64,000 bases of DNA, from contig OZ024742.1 of NCBI GenBank assembly GCA_964016885.1, forward strand, positions 89,404,001-89,468,000. Reading direction: 5' to 3'. Position 1 is the first letter of the stretch, and each line of letters begins with the position of its first letter. This document shows positions 13,480 through 25,242 of the stretch, piece by piece. Origin of the DNA: Eledone cirrhosa. Lineage: Eukaryota. Both the position numbers and the translations under genes were made by a program. The notes under the pieces are model-generated. The model saw nothing but the letters and a program-made list of their open reading frames with translations, had not been told where the DNA came from and did not search any database.

Positions 13480-14392
13480 TCTCTAGGCTATCATGGTGTC
13501 TGCTCAGCCTAGGTTGGTCCCTATGGCTTGAGGGGAGTTCCCAACCTATGGTGTTGTTACTGCCCATATAGCTTGAGGGAGGTATGGCCGAGAGGTCTCT
13601 ACATGTTCTGGAGATTCCCTATAGTTTGAGGGGATTTCACATCTTATTGTGTTGCTACTGTCCATATATCTTGAGGAAGGTCTCGACCCTGAGGTGTCTG
13701 CATGTCCTGAAGAAGTCGGTTCTGAGGTTTATCAGGCCGCTTCCACCACTTAATATCTCGAGGGTCTCGTTCAGACATAGTTTGCATATGCAAGATCCCG
13801 CTTTATCGGGTGGTACTTTCCTGATTATGGACCAGGCCAGAAAGTACGGGGTCCTGTCCAGCTTAAGCTTCCAGATCAGGTCGGAGAGAGCCGTACTTTT
13901 CCGTTTGGCCTCCCTATTGAAGGAATGGCGATGGTTATACCAGCGGTCTTTAAAGCTCGTTGATGTGGCTCCTATGTAGAGGTGTTCGAAGTTAGGGGTT
14001 TTAACCCTACAACCGTATACTAGGTCCTTCTTAAGGCATTCATTACCAAGGGATCATGATTCGGGGTTTCTGCAGTGGCAGAGGGTAGTCGATCTCTGCG
14101 TGCCTAGATTGGGGTTCCGTTAGATGTTACATGGTGGTCTTCCCCCAGGCACGGTGGGGGTCCCCGGGTTTGTTTGGGTTTCTTGGGTGGGCACTGGGTC
14201 CCCCTTTCTCTCCTTTCACATGGTTCTGCTGAGTGCTTGTATTGCCATCTTCTGGTTGTGTGTGGTTTTTAAGCCTACTCCTGTTGATGCTAGCTATGTG
14301 TTCGGCCAGATTTCTCGTGGTGGAATACGAGAGCTTCACAGTGTGTCTGTTGAAGATCTTGTGGTATCTATGGTCCCTTGGGAAGCATTTAT
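13480..14392 (-). mobile_element. Penelope-like element 3' fragment (Nematis-like GIY-YIG)
   Basis: FPRDHRYHKIFNRHTVKLSYS followed by CHC, VYGC, YIGATSTSFKDRWYNH, W..K, CKLCLNE and CRH. Confidence 0.8.
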
Positions 14393-15389
14393 AACACACA
14401 CACATTTTATTTGATTATCCTATTTCGTTTTATTCTTTTACCATCTTGTTCCTCCTACCACTTTATCCAACATACTTCTGACCTTGAGATTGGTTATAGC
14501 ACACACACATTTTATCATATTTTATTTGAATCTTCATTTTCATTTTTCATTTTCCATTTTCATTTTTCATTACTTTTTTATTACTTTTTCATTAATTTTT
14601 CATTTATTCTCTGTTTATTATTTATTTTCTGTTTTCTTCATTTTATTGCCTTCTATTTCTTCATATACATGGCAGAACCGCCCCTCCCCCCACACACACA
14701 CCACCACCACCACCACCAGCACCACGGGAGATGGTGGCAGGAGAGATGAAGAAACACACACACAGATACTTCTAAATTGTCAGCAGCAGCAAGACATAAG
14801 CTGACCACAACACCAACAACACTACCAAAATAAGGGTAGAGGTCAGATGTACTTAACAATAGCAAACACAAACACTACAGGGAGCCTCACCACAGAAACA
14901 ATTTCTATAGACTTTGGACTGAGGAATGCTCTCAAAACTGACCAATGGAAAGAGTGACCTTACAAATCTTTATAACATTGAGATGGGTATAACACACACA
15001 CACATTTTATTCGATTATTTTATTTTATTTTGTTCCTTTACCATCTTATTCCTTCTACCACTTTATCATTTTTTTTTAGCTGACTCCAACAACAACACCA
15101 CTACCAACATAAGAATAGTCGTCAGATGTACCTAACAATAACAAGAACAACAGCTACAGATTGGCTTGCCTCAGAACGAATTTCTATAGACTTTTGACTG
15201 AGGAATGTTCTAACAACTGACCAATGAGAAGAGAAGAGGCCCTTTGACGCAGAAATTCGTTTGTTTAAATTCATATGATTCCAGTTCCTCAGTGAAATAA
15301 CAACCCAACCAGGAACTGGGCATATCAGAGTATTGACAAAGTTATACACCTCAACAACATGTGTACTCGTCTCTACCACACTAATTCGG

Positions 15390-15444
15390 ACTGCCTGAAG
15401 AGGTCACAGCCAAAGATGGCTGTCACCGAAATATATATAGCAGT
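15390..15444 (+). ncRNA. Type-I hammerhead ribozyme in a PLE pLTR
   Basis: ACUGC-CUGAAGA-GGU.ACAGCCA(AAGA)UGGCUGU.ACC-GAA-AUAUAUAU-A-GCAGU; canonical core with palindromic stem III. Confidence 0.9.
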
Positions 15445-15970
15445 AATAAACGAAGCCAAATTTTAAACATTTGACTTATTTATTTTATTTTATTTTACAT
15501 TACTCCGGAGTAACCAAACCAACCTGCGCCCTTCGTCGAGTGCTCCAATCTGCATACTGAGGTGTTGGTATACAACCAACATAAACTCAAAAAATATATA
15601 TATATATTCAAAAGATATATTTATAGAGAGAAAAGGAGCCATATATCGTTTGAAAAACACATAGTATATTGTACACATATTTAATTCAAATAATAGTCAG
15701 AAAAATATACATACATAAGGGGGAATAGATCCTTGCAGCACAGTTTCAAAGCTCCAAGAGAACATTAGGCAAGTGAAAATCTATCCAAGTAATCGATTAT
15801 CGATTGCAATAAATGCCAAGGAAAGACAAGGTGCTACTCACCACAGGAATTGTCTACAAAATACCATCATATCTGTTGACAGGTGAAAGTCTGAATGAGC
15901 TTCAAAGTACATGGTACCGATAAACATTTAACGACAAGTGCAGATACATTCCTTAGAATCATTATGTAAC

Positions 15971-16155
15971 ATAATTGTTTCTACTTTAGGCACAAGGCCA
16001 GCAATTATCCAGTGCATTACTGGTACTTTATTTTATCGACCCCGCAAGGATGAAAGGCAAAGTCAACCTCGGCGGGATTTGAACTCAGATCGTAAAGGGA
16101 CGTAACTATGCTGTAAAGCATGGCGTCCGACCCTCTACCGATACTGCCAATCCAC
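15971..16155 (-). mobile_element. OK-type tRNA SINE
   Basis: Near-identical to 11249-11431. Confidence 0.9.
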
Positions 16156-16334
16156 GCTACTTAAACACGGCGTAATAGATTGTTTGCGCCTAAATACACC
16201 GCTTCTATAACTTACCACCGTGTTCATTTTTGTTTTTTGTTTATTTTTGATTTACAGCATGCAGTATAAATACGAAGGCCGTTAGCTATCACAGTGACTA
16301 TAGATTTCTTTTTTTTTCTGCATATGCTGGTTGT

Positions 16335-17507
16335 TTACCGACACCTCAGTATGCAGATTGGAGCACTCGACGAAGTACGCAGGTTGGTTTGTTTACTCCG
16401 GAGTAATGTATAATAATTAAGTCAAATATGTAAAATTTGGCTTCGTTTATTAAAAATTAAAAATTACTGCTATATATATTTCGGTGACAGCCATCCTATA
16501 GGAACACACCCACCTAGCAGCTAAAACCATGCCTCACACCGTTGTTTTCAACCCTTCTCTATCACTTCCTTAACCAGAACTCAAGTTTGCTGACACTAGA
16601 TAATATAAATAGACGAAGTACGTCGATGGAGTCCTATCTTCTGTGCAGATAGGCACCCCAAGTTTACGAACAACAGGCCCCAACGCCAACCCCGCATTGT
16701 GACCCGAATACCCTGGGGATATCCGCCTCGAACCCGTCCCCCCTCGCACGCATGAGTCAGGGATAAATACCACAAGTAAAAATGACGCGCCGATTATTAC
16801 CACTTACCCCTCTCCCCACCTCCAGAGGGGACTTTGACCCTGTGTCCGTGTGAGTGTATCCACATGTGGGCGTATATGGAGCTATGTGTATGTGTACAAG
16901 TATGAGTGTGTGTGACTGTGTAGACGTAATATGGGAATGCACCTGAGCCTGTGTTTGTGCATGTGTGCTTGCAACGGTGTGTGTTGACATACACGCATAT
17001 GTACTTTATGCTGAAATAAGAATTGTAGTCCTTTGCAATTCTGAATTTTGACACATAGGGCTTTGGTATTTTACACTCCACTTTTGCCTCATCTGTTTTT
17101 AAAACGCACCACTCTATCATAAAATAAGAATTATTATTCTTTACACTTCTCGATTCTGACACACAGGTTTTCTATTTCAGTTTATATTTTTCAAAATGTT
17201 TTATATTGGTTGTAGCACATACACATTTTTTATTTTTTGGGATACGAGCTTGTCCTACGACGCTGAAATTCGTTTGTTCTAGCCCATATAAATCCAGTTC
17301 CTCGGAGGAATAACAACACACCCAGGAGCTGGACATATCGATGTATTGACGGAGTAAAACACACTTCAACATAATGTGTACCCTCTTTTCCACACCAATT
17401 CGGACTGCCTGAAGAGGTCACAGCCAATGATGGCTGTCACCGAAATATATATAGCAGTAATTTTTAATTTATAATAAACGAATCCAAATTTTACATTTTG
17501 ACTTAAT

Positions 17508-17512
<5 letters not shown>
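16335..17512 (+). mobile_element. ORF-less PLE-type element: inverted truncated pLTR, body, pLTR with HHR
   Basis: 16335-16495 is an inverted pLTR tail that breaks in the HHR stem II loop; 17255-17512 matches 15245-15490; ends in (TA)n. Confidence 0.8.
17404..17458 (+). ncRNA. Type-I hammerhead ribozyme (second copy of the 15390 family)
   Basis: Same core and stems as 15390-15444. Confidence 0.9.
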
Positions 17513-17585
<73 letters not shown>

Positions 17586-17885
17586 TATGCAAAGCTCGAT
17601 CTCTCGTTGCGGTGAGGGGTTATGAAGTTCATACAGAGATATGAGGTTCGATTGCTCGTAGTGGCCGCTATCAACTTTCTTCCGTCTATAAGGGATCTTT
17701 ACCCGATTTCCTACGCTATCCCTCCAACATCTGACTGTTTTTACATTTATTTTCTGTATTATGCGTCAGGATATACTACATTTATATAAATATATAAAAA
17801 AAAGAACACACGCTCACTCACGGACATACATGCGCGCATACATACATACATACATACATACATACATACATAGACACATACATAC

Positions 17886-18382
17886 ATGATGATGACTGCA
17901 ACTCGATTTCGAATAATGCCATCGCATGATACGCAAGCATGAGCAGTACGGATGTGGCTTTTTAGTTCTGCTAGGGACTTGCTTATGGTCAGCAATACTA
18001 TGCATCGCAAACAAAATGCCACATATCAATCGATGCCTGTGCTTGAAGCTTTTTTTAGTGAGGAAAGGCTTTACCCGGGACCAATCCCATTCTCTGAACA
18101 TCTACCCAATACATTTACCCCAAAAAGAAGAAATGGTCTACATCATGGGATGCAAATGAAGTCGCAGGTTTTATAGAAGAGTTACCTTCTCATAGAGAGA
18201 TGTCTTAATGAAGACTAGAAGTCACTCGTTCCACATAAACAAATTTTTTCATGGCCATTTACTCTCCTTAATTTCTCCGCCCTTTGACGGTTTTTGTTTT
18301 TCATCCCACAGCGTATCTAAAATCACCCTCCTCCCCAAGCAAGCTTGGTGGGGTTGCCGCTTTAGTCGCCGTCGGCCCGACT
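17886..18382 (-). mobile_element. Non-autonomous bipartite RTE derivative, diverged subfamily
   Basis: Colinear with 23321-23931 (shared GGCGACTAAA..GGCAACCCCACCAAG head and LKSH zinc-finger remnant); (TATG)n tail. Confidence 0.7.
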
Positions 18383-18396
18383 ATACATATATACAT

Positions 18397-18877
18397 AGAT
18401 GGCACTAAAGTATACTGGTAGAACCTGAAAATAAAATCTGCCACCAAATTAAAGCACATCCGTCCTGGTATTGTTGTTTGGGACCACACATTGAAAACGT
18501 GCTCTTTTGTAGAGATCAGCAGCCCACTTTATGTCAACGTTGTGAGAAAATACAAGAGAAGGAGGACATCTACGGATTATTGGTGAGGAGTTTGCAGATC
18601 CAGTATCCAAGATACACCTTCAGCTTCATAGCCATCATTATTGGAGCTACAGCTTACATACCAATCCACTTGGACTAAAGTATAACTGAACTTGGATTTG
18701 TGGACAAAGAACGCAGCTCCCTAATTCATAGACAACAAATGGCCGAGATAGCTGGCACCTTCAAGATCTGCAAAACATTCTTGCAATTCAAGTGATGACA
18801 ATTTCTTTTCTTTTACAAACTTGCCAGCAGGAAGGTGGCCGGTCAAAAATGTACTCGAAATTAAGAGAAAGAGAAAC
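18397..18877 (+). mobile_element. R4/Dong-clade 3' fragment (REL domain and 3' UTR)
   Basis: Highly similar to 21494-21976 but with stops and frameshifts; flanked by TACA repeats. Confidence 0.9.
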
Positions 18878-18956
18878 ATACATACATACATACATACATA
18901 CATACATACATACATACATACATACATACATACATACATACATACATACATACATA

Positions 18957-21900
18957 AAGAACCCACTAAATTGGAATTGGAAGCGGTGAACGAAATAGCT
19001 GGCAATTATCTGAAGGCTATACGATCTAAAGGTGTAGAAACGACATTTGAAACGCTCAATGTTTTGTTATATGTTTCAGCTGTCACATTGCTATCATATA
19101 ACACACATCTAAAACCACGCAATCAAGATACAAACAGAAAGCCTGAACCAGCGTGGATGCGAAATTTAAAAACCAAAATTTTGTCCCTGAGACGAAGTAT
19201 CTCACACATCGCAGTTGTTATGAAATGCAACATAGAGAGAAACTTCACACGACACCAGGAAGACCTAAAGAAAAAGTTAGAGAGACGATTTGGAGATACC
19301 AAATTTAAAACTTTGAACTCCAAATTACACCAGTTGAAACAACAACTCACAGCTACAACAGAAAGACTAAAATATAAGTCAACAGCCCATAAACGACAAG
19401 TGCTAAATAGATTGTTTGCCAGAGATCCTAAATCAGTTTATCGCAGCTTCGGTGGCAAAAGCTCAATCCCTGTAAACGACACCCCTTCAAAAGAACAGGT
19501 TGAGAACTACTGGAGATCTGTATGGGAAACGGATGACGGATTCAACAGACAAGCTAATTGGCTAAAACAACTGGAACAGGACTACTGCCAACATGTCCAG
19601 ACAAAACAATATGACATAGATGGGTCAATACTGGAAACAGCTCTACAGAAAATCTCGAATAGGAAATCGCCAGGCCCAGACCTCATTACAGGATACTGGT
19701 TGAAGAATTTCACTTTCTATCGGCAAGATCTCATACGGCTGTTTACAGAAACCATTAAGGGCACACAAGAACTGCCCAGATGGTTATCAACTGCCACTAC
19801 TCTCCTCATTCCCAAAAATAGCCAAACCACCCTTGCTAAAAATTACCGCCCAATTGCCTGCCAAAACATCATGTATAAATTATATACTGGGTGCCTTAAC
19901 CTGTTCTTACAGGATCACTGTGCTACCAACAACATCATAACACCTGAGCAAGCTGGTGGAAAGAGGGAGGTGTGGGGTTGCATAGATCACCTACTAACTA
20001 ACAAAATGATTCAGGAAAAAACAACAAAGAATCGCAGAAACATGACTGTCGTGTGGCTGGACTATCAAAAAGCATTTGATAGTGTACCTCATGGGTGGAT
20101 TATTAAGGCTTTACAGTTAGCTAAAGTCCCACAACCATTAGTAGCTGCTGTTGAACGCCTGACCAAGAACTGGTACACCAATTTGATCCTTAGAGGTGAG
20201 AAGGAGCAGGTTAAGACTGATAGGATACATTACCAGAAGGGCATCTTTCAGGGTGATAGCTTGTCAGTACTACTCTTCGTTCTCTCACTGAATCCACTAT
20301 CTTACCTACTCAGGAAACAAGGTGGACAAAGAAGTGGGCCCAGAAGTATCTCCCATCTTTTCTTTGTTGATGACCTGAAGTTGTATGGGCCAAATATCAA
20401 TGACATCAAGAAACAATTGGACCTCATTACACAATTTTCAACCGACATCAAAATGAAATTTGGTGAGTCCAAGTGTGCATATTTGGCAGTAAAACGTGGA
20501 AGAGCTGTGCCCTCCTCTAGAAATCTAGATATGAACGGCCTGACAATACAACCTCTGCAGTCAGGTGACAACTACAGATATCTTGGACAGGATGAGAATG
20601 TCAGATATGATGGACCCATAAATAAGGAGAGAACCAGAACTGAATACCTCAGAAGAGTAAAAAAAATATGGTCATCAGAACTGTCAGCATACAACAAATA
20701 CATTGCCCACAATACCTATGCTGTGCCAATTCTAACGCCAACATTTGGCCTACTGAACTGGTCATTGCAAGAACTAAGTGAGATGGATGTTAGAACTCGA
20801 AAACTTCTCAGTGTTACTGGGAACTTTAACATCAATGGTGATGTGGATAGGCTATACTTCTCACGCAAGGAAGGTGGCCGGGGTCTAAAATCAATATTAA
20901 CAACATATGAGACCCGGATAGTAACACTGAAGCAACACCTTCAACAGAGGAAAAAGGTTGGCGACCATCTTGCTCAGGTTTATGAGCATGAAAAAAGAAA
21001 TATCATTAGAATAGCGACTGATCTGGAGGAGAGATATGGAATAAAGCCTGATATAAATCTCTCACCCAGAGAAATCGGAAGATCCTATTCAATGTTCAAA
21101 CAAGAAAAGAAAATTGACCAATTTACAGAGAAAGTTGTGCATGGATACTTGAGGCGTAAAACACAGACCATAGAGGGGATAAACCACTCAAAAAGCCTGG
21201 CATGGAGTTCCGACAAGTTTATGACATCACACCTTGAGGGATATCTCTATGCAATACAGGAACAAGAACTCCCTACCAAATATCTGCTGCACAAAAGAGG
21301 AGGGCCAGCAGCTGACAATAAATGTAGGCTATGTAAAACAAAGATCGAGGATGTAAGCCACATTGTTGCCGGCTGCGAAAGAATGTCATCTCGCTACTAC
21401 CTCCCCATGAGACACGATGGGATAGCTAGAACTATCTGGAACGCACTTCGGAAAACAAAATTAACAACAAACGAGGAAGAATATATTGAGACAGATGGCA
21501 CTAAGGAATACTGGTGGAACCTGAAAATAAAAACTGCCACCAAATTAAAGCACAACCGGCCTGATATTGTAGTTTGGGACCACACATTGAAAACGTGTTC
21601 TGTTGTGGAGATCAGCTGCCCACTTGATGTAAACGTTGTCAGAAAAATACAGGAGAAGGAGGACATCTACGGACCATTGATGAGGAGCTTACAAATCCAG
21701 TATCCAAGATACACCTTTAGCTTCATACCCATCATTATTGGTGCTACGGGTTATATACCAACCCGCTTGGACCAAAGTATGACCGAACTTGGATTTGCGG
21801 ACAAAAAGCGCAGCTCCCTAATTCATAGTCTACAAATGGCTGCGATAGCTGGCACCTTCAAAATATGCAAAACATTCTTGCGATTCAAGGGATGACAATT

Positions 21901-21976
21901 TCTTTTCTTTTACAACCTTGCCACCAGGAAGGTGGCCGGTCAAAAAAATATACTCGAAATTAAGAGAAAGAGAAAA
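18957..21976 (+). mobile_element. 5'-truncated R4/Dong-clade non-LTR retrotransposon inserted in (TACA)n
   Basis: Single RT plus REL ORF; short 3' UTR with hairpin GCCACC..GGTGGC; (TACA)n on both sides. Confidence 0.9.
19157..21895 (+). CDS. Reverse transcriptase, CCHC finger and restriction-like endonuclease (R4/Dong clade)
   Basis: KSPGPD, NYRPIAC, WLDYQKAFDSVPH, GIFQGDSLS, FVDDLKLY, YRYLG, GGRGL, CRLC..HIVAGC, RHD, RPDIVV..VEISCP; no stops. First in-element ATG is at 19157; the frame stays open upstream. Confidence 0.93.
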   Translation: MRNLKTKILSLRRSISHIAVVMKCNIERNFTRHQEDLKKKLERRFGDTKFKTLNSKLHQLKQQLTATTERLKYKSTAHKRQVLNRLFARDPKSVYRSFGGKSSIPVNDTPSKEQVENYWRSVWETDDGFNRQANWLKQLEQDYCQHVQTKQYDIDGSILETALQKISNRKSPGPDLITGYWLKNFTFYRQDLIRLFTETIKGTQELPRWLSTATTLLIPKNSQTTLAKNYRPIACQNIMYKLYTGCLNLFLQDHCATNNIITPEQAGGKREVWGCIDHLLTNKMIQEKTTKNRRNMTVVWLDYQKAFDSVPHGWIIKALQLAKVPQPLVAAVERLTKNWYTNLILRGEKEQVKTDRIHYQKGIFQGDSLSVLLFVLSLNPLSYLLRKQGGQRSGPRSISHLFFVDDLKLYGPNINDIKKQLDLITQFSTDIKMKFGESKCAYLAVKRGRAVPSSRNLDMNGLTIQPLQSGDNYRYLGQDENVRYDGPINKERTRTEYLRRVKKIWSSELSAYNKYIAHNTYAVPILTPTFGLLNWSLQELSEMDVRTRKLLSVTGNFNINGDVDRLYFSRKEGGRGLKSILTTYETRIVTLKQHLQQRKKVGDHLAQVYEHEKRNIIRIATDLEERYGIKPDINLSPREIGRSYSMFKQEKKIDQFTEKVVHGYLRRKTQTIEGINHSKSLAWSSDKFMTSHLEGYLYAIQEQELPTKYLLHKRGGPAADNKCRLCKTKIEDVSHIVAGCERMSSRYYLPMRHDGIARTIWNALRKTKLTTNEEEYIETDGTKEYWWNLKIKTATKLKHNRPDIVVWDHTLKTCSVVEISCPLDVNVVRKIQEKEDIYGPLMRSLQIQYPRYTFSFIPIIIGATGYIPTRLDQSMTELGFADKKRSSLIHSLQMAAIAGTFKICKTFLRFKG

Positions 21977-21997
21977 CATACATACATACATACATAA

Positions 21998-22594
21998 ATG
22001 GTGGCTGCCAACTCGTTTTCGAGTACGGCCACTACTTTATATCCATGTAGGAGAACCCCTACCGAAGCGCTCAACGAGTGTGACTTTTTAGTCCAGCCAG
22101 CGACTTGAAAACTCTAGTACAAACACTACACTTATGACAATTATTGACACATAGTGTTGGACCCATGGTACCATGTGACGACAAGTGCAGAGAGATCCCC
22201 AGATATAAAGCAATACCTGTGCCGTGAAGCTTTTATAGTGAGCAAAGGCACTGCACAAAGCCAGTCCCACTCTCTTAACCAAGATGATATTTACCAAAAA
22301 GAAGAACATGTCAACATCATTGGATACCATCAGGGTTGCAGGTGTTATATCAGAGTTTTCTTCTCCTAGAATTCTGCCTTGACAAAGGCTAAGGAGTCAT
22401 CTCTCCCGGTGATTTTGGATGGCCATTGACTATTAAGAGCTCCTTTGCCCTTTGACGGGTTTTGTTTTTAGCCTTGCAGGATGTCCAAAGTCACCCTCCT
22501 CACCAAGAAACCTTGGTCAGGTCACCAGTTGGTGCTACTAGTTACATGTATCCCAGTACAACATGTCCTATGGTCGGGTCGTTGGCGACTAAAC
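21998..22594 (-). mobile_element. Non-autonomous bipartite RTE derivative with inverted 5' end
   Basis: Matches 23321-23931; the 5'-most ~80 nt are inverted at 22514-22594. Confidence 0.85.
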
Positions 22595-22614
22595 ATACAT
22601 ACATACATACATAC

Positions 22615-23025
22615 ATGGTGGCTGCCAACTCGTTTTCGAGTACGGCCACTACTTTATATCCATGTAGGAGAACCCCTACCGATGCGCTGAACGAATGTGA
22701 CTTTAGTCCAGCCAGCGACTTGAAAACTCTGGTACAAAGACTACACTTGTGACCATTATTGACACATAGTGCAGGGCCCATGGTACCATGTGATGACAAG
22801 TGCAGAGAGATCTCCAGATATAAAGCAATGCCTGTGCTGTGAAGCTTTTATAGTGAGCAAAGGCACTGCACAAAGCCAGTCCCACTCTCTTAACCAAGAT
22901 GATATTTACCAAAAAGAAGAACAGGTCAACATCATTGGATACCATCAGGGTTGCAGGTGTTATATCAGAGTTTTCCTTCTCCTAGAATTCTGCCTTGACA
23001 AAGGCTAAGGGGTCATCTCTCCCGG
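22615..23025 (-). mobile_element. Non-autonomous RTE derivative, 5'-truncated
   Basis: Matches 23321-23733; C2H2 remnant CSLCTRVFKSLAGLKSH. Confidence 0.85.
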
Positions 23026-23165
23026 CATATACATGTATATATACATACATGTACATATACATATATATATACATACATGCATATATACACACACATACAT
23101 ACATACATACATACACACATACATACATACATACACATACATACATATATATATACATACATACA

Positions 23166-23197
<32 letters not shown>

Positions 23198-23320
23198 CAT
23201 ATACATACACACACATATACATATACATACATACATATACATACATATATACACATACATACATACATATACATACATATACATATACATACATACACAC
23301 ATACATACATATACATATAC
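23026..23320. repeat. Compound (TACA)n/(TA)n microsatellite
   Basis: Direct reading. Confidence 0.95.
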
Positions 23321-23931
23321 ATGGTGGCTGCCAACTCGTTTTCGAGTACGGCCACTACTTTATATCCATGTAGGAGAACCCCTACCGATGCGCTGAACGA
23401 GTGTGACTTTTTAGTCCAGCCAGCGACTTGAAAACTCTGGTACAAACACTACACTTGTGACAATTACTGACACATAGTGCTGGGCCCATGGTACCATGTG
23501 ACGACAAGTGCAGAGAGATCTCCAGATATAAAGCAATGCCTGTGCCGTGAAGCTTTTATAGTGAGCAAAGGCACTGCACAAAGCCAGTCCCACTCTCTTA
23601 ACCAAGATGATATTTACCAAAAAGAAGAACAAGTCAACATCATTGGATACCATCAGGGTTGCAGGTGTTATATCAGAGTTTTCCTTCTCCTAGAATTCTG
23701 CCTTGACAAAGGCTAAGGGGTCATCTCTCCCGGTGATTTTGGATGGCCATTGACTCTTAAGAGCTCCTTTGCCCTTTGACAGGTTTTGTTTTTAGTCCTG
23801 CAGGATGTCCAAAGTCACCCTCCTCACCAAGAAACCTTGGTGGGGTTGCCAGTTTAGTCGCCAACGACCCGACCATGGGACAGGTTGTACTGGGATACAT
23901 GTTACCAGTAGCACCAACTGGTGACCTGACC
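23321..23931 (-). mobile_element. Full-length ~610-bp non-autonomous bipartite RTE element
   Basis: RTE 5'-UTR motif CTAGGAGAAGGAAAACTCTGA joined to a C-terminal C2H2 remnant and the 3' end CTCGAAAACGAGTTGGCAGCCACCAT-(GTAT)n; no RT. Confidence 0.85.
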
Positions 23932-24039
23932 ATACATACATACATACATACATACATGAATGTCGCATCATATCCCTCCGATAACATCTACGAACCTCGA
24001 AGCGTAGGAGCTCGTCTCTCGAGCAAGTCTATCTGCATG

Positions 24040-25201
24040 AATCAGATAAGATCATGAGAGTTGGGAAGTAACTCCTCGAAAGATTTTCCCTGTGTGATAA
24101 TCAAAAACTCATACCCAGGGAAGTCCCTCAGCAGTATCACAGTGAATCCATGGATGAAAAACTGCATGCTTATTAGCAAAAAATCAGGCATGGATATGTT
24201 GCCAGGAAGCTCCAGTGTGAGAGTAATATAGATAAAGAAAGTAGTATATCTTGGACCAACAACCGCTATATTGGCTCCAACTTTGAAGGATACGCTTTTG
24301 CAATCCAAGAACAGGAAATTAACACGAAATACCTGATTCACAAAAGAGATAGGGATGCAGGCAAACCACCTAGATGTGCTAACAAGTGCATACTCTGCAG
24401 AATTAACATCGAAGATGTCACCCATGTCATAAGCAAAGATGTCATCGTGGTACTATCTACCTATGAGGTATGATGTAGTGGCCAAAACACTGTACAATGC
24501 AATCCGTAGAAAAGATAGCCCCGATAATAAACACATTAAAAGCTATAGCAGCATGGAAGACATACATATACATAATATGAAAGAGTACTGGTGGACTGTT
24601 CCAGTAAAAACCCCAATAAAATACAGGCATAACAGACCAGATATAGTGATATGGGACAGGGAAAAGAAGGCATGCACAGTAGTGAAAGTTAGCTGCCCAG
24701 CAGATGCCAATATAATATCAAAGATTAGCGAAAAGGAGAATATTTATGCAGAACTGATGAGTAATCTGCAGATACTCCACCCTGATTATACCTTCAGATT
24801 TATGCCTGTGGTTATTGGGGCACTGGGATATGTTAGTAATTGCCTCAACACATATCTTGAGAAGCTGGGCTTCACAGGAACAGAAAGAACACTAGTTAGG
24901 AAATTACAAGTACAACCATTACTAGAACAGTAAAAATATGTAAAGCATTCCAAAAAAGTTGCATCTAATAACTGCATATACACATGTACAGATACAAAGC
25001 ATATACACATGCACACATACAACTCAAAACATATACATCCACACATACAATAAAATCCATACCTACACATGTATGCGTGCTGACATGCAAACATATCTAC
25101 CTAGTTGATGTGTAAATTCCGATGAGAGAGTCTTGTATCTATGTTAGAAACCGACTCTCTCTCTATTGGCAAAAATGTGTGAAATTATAAAACCAGAAGA
25201 A
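24040..25201 (+). mobile_element. R4/Dong-clade family 2, 3' fragment
   Basis: FEGYAFAIQEQEI, YYLPMRYDVVAK, EYWW..HNRPDIVIWD..VSCP; 3' UTR hairpin AGAGAGTC..GACTCTCT; ends in TACA repeats. Confidence 0.85.
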
Positions 25202-25242
25202 CATACATACATACATATATACATACATATATATATATACAT

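Noticed and set aside
18821-18956. N-terminal extension of the 1024-aa ORF ([14 protein letters not shown])
   Set aside because: TTG-started read-through from the upstream copy's 3' UTR across (TACA)n; the element begins at ~18957.
22982-23445. YIHT/MYVC/YIYI repeat ORFs here and at 42400-44291, 52216 and 61295-61933
   Set aside because: Translations of stop-free microsatellites.
23840-23931. Canonical HDV-like ribozyme at the RTE 5' end
   Set aside because: P2, P3, P4 and CUAA can be drawn, but there is no room for a 7-bp P1.
25119-25162. CCGAUGA..GAAAC hammerhead-like motif in the Dong 3' UTR
   Set aside because: U4 is changed and stems II/III are absent; the sequence folds as a simple AGAGAGUC/GACUCUCU hairpin.
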